Source of the DNA: Anthoceros angustus | Taxonomy: Eukaryota; Plantae; Anthocerotophyta | Direction of reading: 5' to 3' | Length of the DNA: 64,000 bases | Assembly (NCBI GenBank): GCA_010909165.1 | Contig: MU008186.1 | Location: 757,002-821,001 of the forward strand | In this document: positions 33,040 to 46,749 of the stretch, piece after piece | Layout of the letters: each line of letters begins with the position of its first letter | Position numbering within the stretch: position 1 is the stretch's first letter | Translations under genes and position numbers: made by a program | The notes under the pieces: generated by a model | Told to the model about the DNA's origin: nothing | The model's input: only the letters and a program-made list of their open reading frames with translations | Database searches by the model: none

Positions 33040-34700
33040 CACCGACGAGAAATGAAGTCCGTCAGATGTTGCTTCCCCCGCCCCGGTCTCCACCTCGAAA
33101 TTGAATTCTTGCAGCATCAATACCACTTGGCTATCCTTCCTCGATAAATCGGGTTTGTTCTGCTGCTGTACTCAACGCGAAATGATCAACATGAAATGTC
33201 ACCAAAGCCAGCCAGCAAATAATGCCTAAACTTCTTATAGGAGTAGATGATACCAAGACCCTCTCTCATTCCGTGGTCGAGTTGTTCCTTTCAGCATCCG
33301 TGAGCTGCCTCTCAAAGATAAAAAATCGGGTGATCTCGCTTTTTCATCCTTCTCTACTCGAGATGGTCCTAATGGCATAAGTTTTGACACATCCACACAT
33401 GTTATACGAAACGGCTTCTCCAACTGGGGTTGTAACGCTGAGCGCCACCAAACTGTCCGCCTCAACTACATCGAAGGCCCCGCCGCTGGTTGTCCATTCA
33501 AAGGGTACATCCTTCGTAGTCCAACCTGTGGCAGCACAAGGCTGCCTTTCTCGGCTGTCCTTGATGAACCCCCAGAATACCCTACTAGTCCTACAAAGTC
33601 TGCAGCATTTGCCTCACCGCTTAGGTGGGGCGATCCACTCCGCCATCAATACTGCCATTTTCTCCTATCTACCTACAACTGCAGATCGAGATCCTCGATG
33701 TGCTAACAAAATGCCCCTCCGACCATACCAAAATAACACACTTCCCCCGGGATGAAGTTTCGAAGTGTCTCGATTCTCCTCGCACTTCCTCGAAGCAATC
33801 GCCTCAAATGGTCCATGCGCCTTTTCCCCAAACATGCAAAAATCATCCAGAATACCTCCATGAACTTCCGCTAAGAAATTTTAATATATAGCATTCACCA
33901 CATGCTGAAAAGTGGCAGGCGATTACACAACCCAAGGGAGCTTCGAATGAAGCCGTGAGGTGCTCTAATCGCCATAGAATGTCGCCTTGTCATGATCTTC
34001 CTCCATGAAATCCTGATTGAATTTCGCAGTATCCGTCCAGAAACTATACATCCTATGCGTCCGCCACCGTGTCCAGCAGCACACCGCCTGATGAAGGGCA
34101 AGGTGGTGATCCTTCTTGTCGCTTCATTGAGCTTCTAAATCTTGGCACACACCAACCTTTCCTACCGCTTGGGTACGATCACAATGGGAGCAACCCACTC
34201 ACAAGGTGAGTACTGGAAATTACTCGCCTCCAAATATTGGCTCGAGTTGATCCCAACGACTATGGAATACGGGGTTCTACCAGCTGCTTGATCCTCTCGG
34301 GAGTGCTGCCCTCCTTCAAATCAATTCGTGTATGCCCGGGTCCCAACTCATGTCACAGAATCTTGAAGGCAAACATCGACATCCCCTAAGCACCTTATCA
34401 AACTCCCTCTTCTCCTTCCCTAGATACCTAGAAATCTTGACTACCTTGCAGGTTCTAACTCTAAGTCTCTACTGCGTCGGATTCATATCCCTCCGACCTC
34501 GCCACTTACACTAGTTCCATCCCTCCCTTGGAAAATCACGATCATAGGCCTTTACCTCCAAAGGCTACTCCTTCCCATGTGCCTCATCCTCACGACTCCT
34601 CACACACCTTCTTACGTGTGCTGTGAATACACCAAATCAACCTTTATTCGGTGGACCTCAAGCGAGGGTCTCAGGCTCTGGTATTTCCGACTGCCTTTGA
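33040..34700 (-). pseudogene. Ty3/gypsy RT-RNase H remnant (non-chromoviral type)
   Basis: Minus-strand pieces RIDLKEGSTP, WVAPIVIVPK, KKDHH, F.EVF..DF, ERQLTDAERN, KKFRHYLL, LQEFNFEV. No integrase follows. Confidence 0.85.
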
Positions 34701-34985
34701 AGAGCTCACCGACATTACTTCTGAGGTGTACCCACTGTTGGGTACCGCGGACTCCCCTTCATAGGCTGCCTTGAGAGCCTCCCAATCACGTCGGTGCCAG
34801 GTGCTAGGTAGGTGCGACCATACCACCATTGTTGCGTTATACCCTACGTGAGTCCAAGAAAGATGCGATCAGATGAGCGACTCACAGCATCCTCAAGTTG
34901 GAATGGGGACGTGGTCAACAGAGTTCATTTTCGCCTCAGCGTCGGTATCGCCTTCTTCTTCTTCTGGCGGTTGACATGGCTTTAC

Positions 34986-35974
34986 TGTTGAGCAACTATG
35001 CGGTAGCCATGACCCTACTCCGCCAGCAGCTCCTCATATTGCTTCGTCCAATTTGCTCCCTGCTTACTCCTATGCTTCTCAACCCCTCGGTGGGTGTAGA
35101 CAGTCCGCACTCTGGCCACCCCGAGCTCGCCTCGGGGCCATAATTTATCCCACGGTCGCTGAATGAGGTTCGATCCCAAGAGATTTGGTCTCGGATTGTT
35201 ACAGTCGCTCCTCCTCACTCTCACTCGCCATTCGCCGCCCACTTGTCCTCGGTGGGCAACAAACCGTGTGGTCGGGTTCCTCGGGTCTGCCCACGGCGCC
35301 GCCTCCCACGCCCAGATTCCTTACTTCCACCCTCAACACTCTCCTATGCCACCATCGTCCAACTCGATCTACAAACACACATCCATACCAACCACTTCAC
35401 CATTCTCAAAAGAACACAGGTCACAAATCATCACATACAAACTCACTCACGATCCCAAATCTACTCTATGACGCGCTTAGCACGCCTCCCTTGCGGCACA
35501 ACCGCCTGGGTGACTAACGGTGTTTCTCTGGGCCGATTGCCGCAGGTCACGAACACCGACGCGAGCGTAGTCGAGCGCGTCACTCAGGAGGCCAACCAAC
35601 AAAGAACACAAAGTGCACATCCAACAACAATTTTCACGAGGAGGAGCTGGCCGAGCGAACCCACCGCGAGGGCCTCCGATCAACCCCACTTTCGCCTTCT
35701 CGCCGCCATGACGACGGCCACCGCGCACACACAAAGGGTTGCTCGAGACGAAGAGTGTAAAGCAAGGTCTGTGTTTATTCATCCTTCCACCCTCCCTTTT
35801 ATAGGTGGGGGAGTCGACTGGTCACTCGTGCTAGTTTAATGCTAGGGCGACTTGCCAAGTCCAACAATAGGATCCTTGTCAGTCCCCTTGCAGTTCATCC
35901 TCTCAGCTTGGTCCAGCTCACTTTGATCGGAATATCCTATTTGTCTATACTGCCGCCACTCTTAAATACTCACA
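34986..35974 (-). repeat. Gypsy-type LTR copy 1
   Basis: Plus-strand start TGTTGAGC, TATAAAAGGGAGGG on minus, homologous to 36561-37499. Interrupts the gypsy pol remnant. The inner boundary is tentative. Confidence 0.6.
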
Positions 35975-36560
35975 CTTCCCAAGGTGTGCACCCCTTGGGA
36001 CAAAACGTCCTATAGAAAAGTTCCCATCGACACCACGCTCCGCTTATTCACCAGCTTCAATGTCTCCCTTCGATGGGTCGCTTAGCCTTGCCTCCTTCAG
36101 AGAGTCTTCACCAGGACTCTCCCCGTAGTATCGCCTCACGCCGGGTAGGTCCTCCACCGTAGGAGGTTCCATTCCTCCCACTCATCCCTTAGTAGGTTCC
36201 TCCCCACTCTGCCTTCTTGGTAGGCGGCCTCCTACCATGTGCTGATCTCGCTATGGGGGTTCCTTCCTCACACTGGTTTCACCGACCGAGATTCCCTCCT
36301 CCCGGGTCTCCTCCTCCTCAGCTTCCCACCGAGTAGGAACTTTGGTAGGTACCACCTACCATCAATCTCTCCTCCCTTGATGACTCCACCGTCTGGAGGT
36401 CTCATCGCGCAGGTGCTTCTGACACCCTTGTTTGTGTCTGTACCGCCTTTCCTTGTACCAACTCAAAGTCTCACCTCCGTGGCCATTCCACTTGGTGCCC
36501 GTAATGCTGAGGTCTGCTTTCCGTCCCCTCACCGTAGTTCCTCAATCGCTTCTAGGAGGT

Positions 36561-37499
36561 TGTTGGCAACTATGGGTAATGCCCTACTCCGCCAGCAGCT
36601 CCACTCATATTACTCGTCCTGCTCCGCTTACTCCTATGCTTCTCCCTCGGTGGGTGTGGGACGGTGCCTCGGTCACGGAGCTCGCCTCGGTGCCCACACT
36701 TATCCCACAGTGTTGAATCGTGGGTTCGATCCCAAGAGATTTGGTTCGGATTGTTTGCAGTCGTTCCTCTCACTCTCTCTCATCGTTGGCGGTCTACTTG
36801 TCCTCGGTGTGGGCAACAAGCGGGTGTGGTCGTTCAGGTTGCAGCCCGGCGCCTCTCCGCCTTCGAGATTCCTTCCTCCACCCCAACACTCTCCTATGCC
36901 AATTACAACGTCAATTCACTCTACAAGACACATCCATACCCAACCTCTTCACCATTCTCAAAAGAAACATAGCTCACGACAATCACATACAAACTCACTT
37001 CATTCGATCCCAAATCTAACTCTACTAGCGTTCGCGATTGCGCCTCCCTTGCGGCTGCAGGGTGACGACTAGCGGTGTTTCTCTCGGGCGATTGCGTACG
37101 AACACGGCGGCGTGGTCGGCGCCGATCACCCTGCGAGGCCAACCGGCAACACAAAGTCCAACAACAATCTTTCACGAGGAGGAGCTGCGTCGGCGAACCC
37201 AGCGAGGGCCTCGGCGAACCCCTCTTCGCCTTCTCGTCGCTTGGCGGGCGGCGGTCAGCGCACACAAAGGGATTGCGAGGCGAAGAATGCATGACAAAGC
37301 AAGGTCGGTGTTTATTCATTCTTCCACCCTCCCTTTTATAGGTGGGGAGTCGGTGGTCACTCGTGCTAGTTTAATGCTAGGCGACTTGCCAAGTCCAACA
37401 ATAGGACTCTATCGGTCCTTGCGGTTCATCCTCTCGGATCCGGCTCACCTTGACGGAATATCCTATTTGTCTATCTGCCGCCACTCTTAAATACTCACA
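36561..37499 (-). repeat. Gypsy-type LTR copy 2
   Basis: Plus-strand start TGTTGGCAAC. Same TATA block and internal order as copy 1. Confidence 0.6.
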
Positions 37500-38289
37500 C
37501 TTCCCAAGGTGTGCACCACTTGGGACAAAACGTCCTCTTGAAAGGTCTCACGACATCTCGTTTGCTTTTGTTCCCTTGACTTCAAGGCCTTCCCTTGATG
37601 GGTCGCTTAGCCTTGCCTCCGAGTCTTCTCCGGACTCTCACGCAATCTTGTCTACCTCGGCCCTCGGTGGTAGGTCCCAGTGGTAGGAGGTTCCATTCCT
37701 CCTACCGTTCATCCTTATGGGTTCCTCCCCTCATCTTCGTCTTCTTGGTAGGCGGTTCGTCTCCTACCAGTTTGGATCTTGCTATGGGGTTCCTTCCCTC
37801 ACGGCACAGTTTCGTGGCCGGAGGTACCCTTCCTTGGTCTCCTCCTCCTCTTCAGCAGTTCCTACAGTAGGAACTTTGGTGATACCATCCTACCATCAAT
37901 CTCCTCCCCTTGATGCTCCACCGTCTCGGGAGGTCCTCTGGCGTCGCCGTGGGTGCTTCTTGACTCGCTTGTTCGGCTATCCAGCCGCCTTTCCTTGTAC
38001 CAACTCAAAGTTTGACCTCGGCTGCCATTCCGCTTCGAGCGGTGAGGTCATTTCTTCGTCTTCCTCCTTTGGCGTTCCTCAATCGCTTCTAGGAGGTTGT
38101 TGTAGTAGGTCGCCACCCTACCACTCTCCTTCTTTTGTCGTCCATGATGCGGACCCTTAGTGGGATGGCCTTTTCGTCCCACCCGGCTGATTTGTCACTC
38201 CTACCGGCCTCTTTCTCCACTACCGCTCCCTCCAATTCCAGGGCAAGTCTCCCAATCTCCTTTTCCTTCTCCATGGCTTCCATCGCCAT

Positions 38290-40400
38290 GCGTTTTACTA
38301 TAGCGTGATCGCCCTACTTTGCTCCCCTCGAATGAGACCCTCCAAAGATCGTTGGGCCATCAAAACTTCCTTCCGGTTCCTTGCCTCCGTCTCATAGGCG
38401 TGGGTAAGGTCGTCGGCCTTCTTCGTTCTTTGCTCCAAAAGTTCTCGTGTCTGAGCTCCTCTTTGTGACCCTTGGTCACATTGTCCCATCCTTGTCGTTC
38501 TTTCACCAAGCTGTATTTTCCCTTGTAATGCTCCTTCCGTTGCTCCATGGCTAACTTCTTCGTAGGAGGTCCTTCTCGTCTTCAAGGTCGGCCTTGCTAG
38601 GCTGAATCTTCCTCCTTGCTGCGTTCGATGCCTCCTACCCTTGCTAAGGTAGCCAATTTTCTTGCCTCCTTCTGGCGGTTTCCAACTCCTCGCCCTCTTG
38701 GCTGATTTTGCCTCTGCTAAGACACGGTCAATCATTTCCCACATTCACCAACTTGGTGGTCATCACGCTCTTTGGCGGATCTAGCAGTGTTGCTTCTCGG
38801 AGGTGGTTTTGAGCTCCTCTCAATTTCTTCTCGGCGTCCTCCGGCTCCTTTCGTAGGTCTCGAGTTCGGAACTTGACACCTCCGACATTGTCCACTAGGG
38901 CGTCCATAGATCCTGCGCCCACTTCCTCATCGGACTACCCTTTGGGATGCGGCATTCTCAAAACACTTCCTCTGCTCCTCCTTGGTGCGTGGGTCACCGT
39001 TCCTCGGCGTTCTTCTCTGTCTCCATCGGGCTAACAAGTCTGTTACTACCTCTTTGGTGGGAGGTAAAGCTCCTACCGTAGGTCCTCCATCCTCCACAGG
39101 TCCTCTGGTAGGTTCACTCCTACCAGTGTTGTCGGCCTTACCAATCCTCAACCCTCGGTAGGTGGTCTCGTATCCTTTCCTCCTTGTAGGAGGTACTTCT
39201 AGCCTTTTCCCTTTCTCTTGTTGGGTTCACGATCACGAGGCCTCATGTTGGTTCGGCGTGGCGGTCTCTTGCCCGGGGCCTCTGCCTGTCTCTTCATCCT
39301 CTGGGGGATGGCTCTCCTTCCACCACCCTCACGGAGTAGCTTCTATCTTGGCTTCTTCCGGCTCGTCGGTGAACCTCCTCCCTCGATATAGGTGTCTGAG
39401 GAAGGTAGAGACAAAGCGATTCTTGCTCCCTCCATCACCAAATGGTTGGTGCGCACTTTGTTCATCTGAGAATGGTGGCCCAATCCACCAACTTTCCACA
39501 GGACATCTCATATATCATCATTAAATGGGAATTTCCAGTCGTCTTCCTGCGCGCACGTTAGTCCTAGCCATATCTTGGCGAATAAATTCCACTTCGCTCC
39601 TTGAGCGAGATCCTCCAGCCATTGCCTTGCGACCATACTTCCTCCTTTGGTCGGAACATACCATAACCTCCTCGGGATCGATTCTTGGAGGCGAGCGAAT
39701 GATCCCTCCTTGTGGGCTTAGGTATCAAATCGTATCACGGAAATGTCGTACCTTCCACATCCGGGATGACTTGAGTCGCATCCTCGGGGTGGCCGTCGCC
39801 TTGGTCACTCTCATTCGTCGCGCACACTCCACAGACCAAGGCGGGGCTGCAAAGTGCCACCAGGCACCAAATCTGACCATTCCATCTTCATCTCGGGCAT
39901 GGCGCTCGAGCGCCTCAAATCTCGGTGAAATTTGGGCGGCCTACCTACTCGAACTTCGGGGTGGGTGTTTCTTCCCTTTTCCCTTGTGGGCGGTGTGGCG
40001 GTGGAGGTTTCCTCCCGTGGGGGCGTACCCCGTTCCTATCCTCACTATCTTCACCATCGCAGGGAGCACACACAAGGATAGCAAGGTTGGAGAGATTGGA
40101 GTAATCTATCGGGCTAAGAGTGGTGAGCAAAGAGTGGTGGTTTGGGTGAGACGGCAAGGGAGCTTCCGTGCTCTCAGCAGTCGGCCTCCACACAACCTAG
40201 AGGTGGCCTTGGCCCCTTCAATCTCCCCTCCAGCAGTTTCTTCACCCGCCTGTCTCACGCCCGGCAAGCTCTTCCCTTCAGCGCCTCTCCAACAATCGCT
40301 CGTCCGCTTGAGTATCTCCACTTCGCGCCTGCGGACCTCCGAACTCCTCTTGGCTTCTCGGCCAGCATACTTGTGCGGTCGTCTGCGTCTCCTTATTGCC
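38290..40400 (-). pseudogene. Accessory-protein copy F with a long coiled-coil C-terminus
   Basis: IYEMSCGKLVDWATIL motif (~39500), then charged heptad-like segments (EPEDAEKKLRGAQNHLRE, KKADDLTHAYETEARNRKE). TATA-containing AT-rich region upstream at 40600-40850. Confidence 0.5.
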
Positions 40401-40999
40401 CTTCCTTGCGGTAGCATCGCCCGTCGCTCGCGCCCTCCTTGCTGCCTCCGAGCTTGCGCTCCTCCCAGTCTACGCGCGCTTGCAATCGCCCAATCGCTGC
40501 TCTGCTGCCTCGGCGTAAGCTCCTCTTACTCTTCGTTTGCGCCATCACTGAGTCACACGCCTCAGTTCAAACTCGGCTAACGAGTTTGCGGTACATGCAA
40601 ATCCGACTTATCGCTCCTCCTCTTGGATCGCCATGTCGGTTCAAAACTCTGACTATTTTCTATTTACAACTTAACCAGCCCTATTTGGCATATATAGCCA
40701 TGCGGAATCTAAATAATTCGAAGGCCAAGGAACTGCTCATCCCCGAATATTCCTATTTCCCCAAGGTCCAAGGAATTATCATTCCTATATATGCTCCTAT
40801 CTACCCATGCTTCCTACTAGGTCGAACCTTCTACGAGTTCGCCGACTCACTTAAGCCCCGAACTTCCCTCGGACGTCCGACCACCTTCCTACCTGTCTCT
40901 ATCGTCCTACCTACTTCCTACCTACTCGATCGACACTACCCATCCTACGCGACAGTCTTCCCCCCTTCCGCGTCTGGGGTGACCAAAATTCTTCGTTCC

Positions 41000-41594
41000 A
41001 CAGTGGGCCAGAAAACCGATCGGGGTCTTTGGGTGCCGAAGTTCTGAACCAACTGAGGAGTAGCGACCTCCCCTGTTGTCCGTCCCAAAATCTCGAGTTG
41101 AGCAGCGATATGATCGAGGCGTTCAGCTAGATCCCGAGACCAAGCACAGAACTCCCGCTACCGACCAGGTGCAAATCCGTCGATTCGCTCAAAGTTGGGG
41201 TGGATTCACTGCCTCGAGAGGCCCAGCGTTGTAGAGGTTCCGCAACGGTCGCGAAGTGCAGGCTGCGCTCAAGAGAGGGGGCCTCCTCCTTGCTCCCAGA
41301 CACCAACTCCTCCTCCACAACCTCTTTCCTCTCGCTGTCGGTGAACTCCGCCCCTTCTTCCTCCGATCCATCCTCCCATTGACCACTGTCCTCTCCTTTG
41401 TGCGTCGTGGCAAGGATGGCCTCCTCTTCGATTACCCGTAACTCGTTTTCCTCCTGCTGTCGACGGGTGGCGGCAGCAGCAGTCTCTTCTCTCAATCGAT
41501 TCCTCCGTGAAGCTCGTAAATCTCTTGCAGCGACAGGCGGGGGTGACCTTCTACGTTCTTCTCCTCGGGTCTTTCCTCTACCAGACATCTGCAA
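41000..41594 (-). pseudogene. Gypsy gag-like N-terminus, truncated
   Basis: MSGRGKTRGEERRRSPPP... basic/acidic ORF downstream of an LTR-like segment, ending near APKDPDRFSG. Confidence 0.45.
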
Positions 41595-41649
41595 GAATCC
41601 TCATGACCTCCAGCCCACAATCGTTAAGAAGGAGACAACTCACACCCTT

Positions 41650-42215
41650 TAGTGTCTCAACCGTTCACCCCTATGACAGCTAGAGGGCGTGAAGTTCCTT
41701 CTTCACAACATATGGTCAATCCTTAGTCCCTTCTCAAACATTCTGCAGCCTAGCGATGGAAACCACAAAACTGCAAACTTTCAGCAACAAATCCCGGCAG
41801 CGGGCGCATACCGCAAAAATGTGGAGGAAGGCAAGGGCTTAAGGCTTCCCCCTCTAAGCGTACACTTGTCCCTTTGTCGCTGCTTAAATAGATTTGGGTT
41901 TAGTCCCATGAGACTTGTGTGAAAGATCGGGTCTTGTGGAAAACAATCGCTACTGCGGTGTGCACAACTTCTGACCTTCCTAAACAAGCAAGAAACGCCT
42001 CTATCTCCCTCTTCTGACTAACCCACTTGCCTTGCTCAGAAAATCCCGCCAATCCTCGACCCTGCAATGACACAACACAATTGCACGAGTCTGCCTTAGC
42101 AATGAGCCCTACATGGCCTCTGTGAGGACCTGATCCTGCCATAATCCCTCGTCCCTTACTTTCTCGGAATTCAATCGTCTCTCCCACTTAGGGCCAGCAC
42201 ACTTGCAGATTGGGG
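41650..42215 (-). repeat. LTR-like segment homologous to 52865-53190
   Basis: Shared blocks tgtgaaagatcg.gtcttgtg, taaacaagcaag, ccaatcctcgacc, gacacaacacaattgca, acttgcagatt.ggga. Confidence 0.65.
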
Positions 42216-42539
42216 ACTAGAACGAAAGTTTGGGCAACATGTATCCAAATTAGCCAAAAGACGAACAAGTTTGTTTTTTTTTTGCTAGGAACGATTGAAG
42301 AGGAGCATGCCAGGAAAACTTCTGAGAATCTTGAAGCTGGAGTCGTAAAATATTGTTAGGAACGTGAAGAGGATATCCCAGGAAGAAGAACGGGTCGAAA
42401 CGACTCGAGGGGGAGAGCACCGGAAGATTGGTAGGTCGCGACTACCATCGAGGGCTGCCACCCACGCCCGAGGGTCAGGTAGTGCGCAGACTGGTCATTC
42501 ACGCGGTAGCCTGACGGCATCTTGGCCAGGAAAAGCAAC

Positions 42540-42610
42540 GAATATAGGAGGATATCCACTATATATGCTCATCCATAGGGAAATAAATATATAGGTTAAT
42601 TAGGGGTAGC
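42540..42610 (+). promoter_or_regulatory. TATA-box promoter upstream of accessory copy D (second copy at 45110-45200)
   Basis: ctatatatgctcatccatagggaaataaatatataggttaattag versus ccatatatgctcaccaatgggaaataaataaatgggattaattag. Confidence 0.5.
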
Positions 42611-43235
42611 GGCTAGAATAGAAAAATAGGGAGGATTAGGATTTTGAAATGATGAACCGGATCTAGGGTTGTGCAGCGTCCAGGTGGCGGTCATCCAAAG
42701 AAGGCGAATGAAGGCCAACTTCCTTCGAATCGAGGTAGCTCACTGTGAGGAGCCGAGACCGTGCTGGAGCGTAAGAGCAGAGGAGATTTAGAAAGCCGCC
42801 ACTACCCCACTGCGGGTCGAGCCGAAAAGTGGCATGAGAGTCAAGGCAAGGGCGTGTGTGTGGAGCAAGGAAGGAACCTTAAGCGAGAGAAAAAGGAGGC
42901 AGCACGAGCCGAGAGGCTTCTAAAATCGTGGAAGAGTAGAGGGACATTGCGAAAGGAAAAGCCGCCAAAAGGGCGCGAGTTTGGGACGCGAAGCACAAGG
43001 TTAGAAAAGAGAAAGTGAAAAATCACGATCACCTACCGGCGACGCCTTGCCCTGAAGAAATCGCGAGGAGATTGGCGACAGCGGAAGCACGTCACCGAGC
43101 CTAACGTTGAAATTGTGTGTTGGGGTGGTTTTGTTTTCGGTCTCGAGGAGAAGGAGCGTTGGAGGCGAGGCCTCGAAACTGCCAGATTGGGGAGTAATTT
43201 CCTTCTTCCAAGCACTTGGAGGAAAGCCAGCCGCC

Positions 43236-44900
43236 ATGCCTCGAGCTGGGAAAGGCAAGGGAAAGGAGCCACCTGCCAAGGGTTCTTCCTCGCGAGGGGG
43301 CAAAGAGAAGAAGAAGGCGTGCAGAGGTCATACGCTGTGAAGTGAGCTTGTAATGCCCTTAAGTTACGGTTTGGCAGGCAGCTCAACCCGGCGATTGGTT
43401 GATTTTCGCACGGGCGTATGATAACATCCATTGGGATGGGTGTATGGCCGCCAATGGCCCACACCAATTCTGGAGTTGATTGAAGAATGCTTCATCAATC
43501 TCCATCAACTGGAGGCAGCAACCTAAAGCGTGTTACTCTAAAGGGGAATGCTCGAACGGATCCCCACCGCCGACCGTGAAAAGCATTAAGCAGTGACAGT
43601 GTATGGGAGGTCGGGAGGAGGAGAGCTCCTAACTGCTCTCATGAAAGGTCGAATGGAGGGAAGAGGGACCGCCCTCTCAGGAAATCCCTAAGAGTTCCTT
43701 GACACATGATGGACGGAGAGGTGAAGGCCCATTTACGCCAGAATGGCTGGAAAACGTAGAGCATCAAGGAGGCTGAAGTGGAGGCTCTTAGCAAAGGTGT
43801 CTTGAGGTCAAGTTGGTGAATTACCAACGAACTTTATGTTCAGCACCAACTTCCTCCAATTTTTGTGGAAAATTTCCATGGAGCCAAAAGCCGGATTGGG
43901 GAACCATTATACATGAAGCGTACATCCACCATCGGGAGAAACTCCTCAAGCAATTCGGTGGATGAGGAAGGGCCTGTGCTGCTACCTCGGCACCTATTTG
44001 GTGCATTTTATGGGAAACAGGAGGGACTTCTCACAAGCAAGGAGCTTGAGGATGCTGGCATCCCTTTGAAGTCATCCACCAGCCAAGTTTGGAAGGCCTT
44101 TTGCCTTTTGCATTATGGAAGATGGGAGTCGACCTCCAAGCATGCCAAAGACCAAGAGCGAAGAAGAGGGGCAGAAGATCACGAGTGGGGAGGCTTTCCC
44201 CACAAGAACGAAGAAGAGAAGAAGAGCAAGATCCGGCCAAGGAGGCCAAGTGGTAGTTTCTGAGGAGGAACTACCACTCGGGTGAGGTCCATGCATGGAG
44301 TCCCACCGCCTAGGGGCGGCCCTGCAAAGGGTGGGCGGACTAGTGGTGGCAGCCTACCAGTAGGTAGGCAACTACATGACAGGGAACTACCCTCGGTAGG
44401 CGGGCAGCTCTGGCCAGGTGAGTGCGACCCTGGCGGAAAGGAAGGAGAAAGCGGTGTGAGGCAGCGGCAAGGCCCGCCATCGCCCGCGGGTGGAAGGCGG
44501 ATGGGGGCGGTGAGGGACCCAGCGCCCGGCCGCGTGATGGTAAGTGGGTCTGGGTAAATTTCGAAGAAGCCAGTGGATTAGGTATAGGAGACTGGGTGCT
44601 TGTGAAGCACTCGGCCAGGTAGACCCAAAGAATGGCTGGGGCGGGGAAACTTGGAGTTGAGTGGATGGGACCCTGAGTGGTGGCGAAAGGAATGGATCCG
44701 TGCAGCTGCAGAGGGTGCTGAAATCCAACTAGGAGTAATGCAGTGGAAGGTTGACAGTACCTTGAGGTACCGTTGTACAGCATAAGCGGTGAGGAAGGGG
44801 TATATGGAATGCAAAGTTTGGGCAGGTCAAAGCAGGCCAAAGGAGCCACCGAACTTGATTTTTTGCTAAAATCGATTGGAGGGATCATCTTGGGGGTTTT
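43236..44900 (+). pseudogene. Accessory-protein copy D (Athila-type putative plant transposon protein-like), frameshifted
   Basis: MPRAGKGKGKEPPAKGSSSRGGKEKKKA, LGWVYGRQW, LELIEECFINL, FSTNFLQFLWKIS. Inverted homolog of 56832. Confidence 0.65.
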
Positions 44901-45439
44901 AAAGAAATCAAGGCTGAGTTGTATACTATTAGGAGGCATAGGAAAGTGATCTTAGGGGAAGAAAAGCGGGTCAAAATGCCAAGGCGAGAATGGTGTGCAG
45001 CTAGAACGTGGTGAGCTGCGGACTACCATGAGCCACACCTCGCCGGTGGAGTGAGAAAATGTGCCTCCTCCATGTCAGGTGGAGTGACCACCTTGATGGT
45101 GTGAAGATCTCGACTAAAAAGTCTAGAATAAATGGATCCTCCATATATGCTCACCAATGGGAAATAAATAAATGGGATTAATTAGAAGTTCATTAGTTAG
45201 GGGTGGGAAATGGACAAAGATAGGCAACAGAACGCCGTTATTTTAGGACGGTTAATCTCTAGGGTAGAGACCTCCGGTGGCGAGGCCATCAAGTAGAAAT
45301 GGACTCGAGGCGAGTCACTCCTTCGCCATAGAGTTGGGCGGTAGTAGCGCCAAAGGTGGAAGATGGCGAAGGAGGAAGAGTAGCTGACCCACTTCCAACC
45401 ACTGCGAGAGGAAGATGCGGCCTGACCAACTCTAAAGGA

Positions 45440-46040
45440 CACCGACTGCTTACCCCTTTGTTATGATGTTTCTCTCAAATAAAACTTTATATGCCCTTTG
45501 CCGCTCGTAGGGTCACGTGAAATCCTTCCTCATCCTTCAACTTCCACCATCTTACAAATTACAATAGTCGTGGCCACGGAATGTCTTGCTTCCCTTGCTT
45601 CCATTGGGTAGGTGGCTTGATCGGTCCCACAAAATCGATTCCCCACGCACGAGACTAGTGGTGAGTATATAGGTGAGGGGCCATTGTGGCCGACAATGTA
45701 AACCCAACCCTCTCGACATGCATCACACCTCGAATAAAATCCCACATCCTTTTGCATCGTAGCCCACAGCTTACGCATTTAAGATCTTCTTCGGCCGTCA
45801 CTGTGCACAGAATAGTGGCCGCCTCTTACGCACATGTAATGCCTGCATGAGCGGCAGTCTTTGCTGTCTTGAGGCGTCGAGACATAGGAGATCTTCTCGT
45901 CCGGGCCAAGCTTGTATAGGATTCCTTCCCTTAGGCAATAGGGTGCGGCTTTATGAATAAAGACTGCGCGCCCTTCTCGAGATAAACCATCAGGTATGGT
46001 GCCATGCTCCAGGAACTTGCGGACTTCGCCGTTCAGCAAA
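45440..46040 (-). pseudogene. Gypsy integrase N-terminal (zinc-binding) remnant
   Basis: KFLEHGTIPDGLSREGRAVFIHKAAPYCLREGILYKLGPDEK, GGHYS, TMQKDV..Y..RCDAC, GIDFVGP-type pieces. Confidence 0.85.
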
Positions 46041-46749
46041 TGTCTTGGGCATGGTTAACCCTCACGTTCAAGTCAGTTCCGCCGTTTCCGGCGGATAAAC
46101 CAATGGCGATCCCTTGATAGGAGTCGTCTCATTCATCAAATCTCGCCTTTCCTTCTGTTCGACTCGAGCGTCAGAGCCTCTGTGCTGCAATTTGGTCGTC
46201 CGCGCTATTATAGTATAAAGAGATTCTTTAAAAGCATCCCTCTGGGTGCTTTGTTGATCTGACCTTCTGCGCTCGGGTCGGGGCCAGGGTTCCTTGGGCG
46301 ACCTCTTGCCGTAACCCCCCTCTTGGCCGCCTACTTATCCATCATCATTGTCGAGCCCATGGTAGACCAATGGATTCTCCTTGTAGCTCCACGCTGCGAG
46401 CACTTCCGGATATGAACTCTCCACCATCTTCCTTCTGCGCGCGCTATGTGGGTCTCGAGGGCCATCCTCACCTGCAGGCCTGGCGGTACCCTCCCTCGGC
46501 CACGTACAGCCACCATCGGCGGCTGCCACAATGGTCCTCCTTCCTTTCGGCGTGGAGCTCCTCTGCCAAGTCCCTCATCATTCTTCGCCATACATTCTTA
46601 TGGCCTCCGGCAGCCCTCCTGCAGCCTCGGTACTCACCACAGGGTGGGTCGCTGGCGGCTGCGCCCTGTGTGCCCTGGCTGGCACTCCATCACCTCTCCC
46701 GCTGGGTTTCTAAGTCACCCAGCGCACGGCTGCTTGCGCCCATCTCCTC

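Noticed and set aside
39525-40580. 351-aa plus-strand ORF as a real gene
   Set aside because: Lies antisense to accessory copy F, has low-complexity Ser/Leu/Arg content typical of shadow ORFs, and has no motif support.
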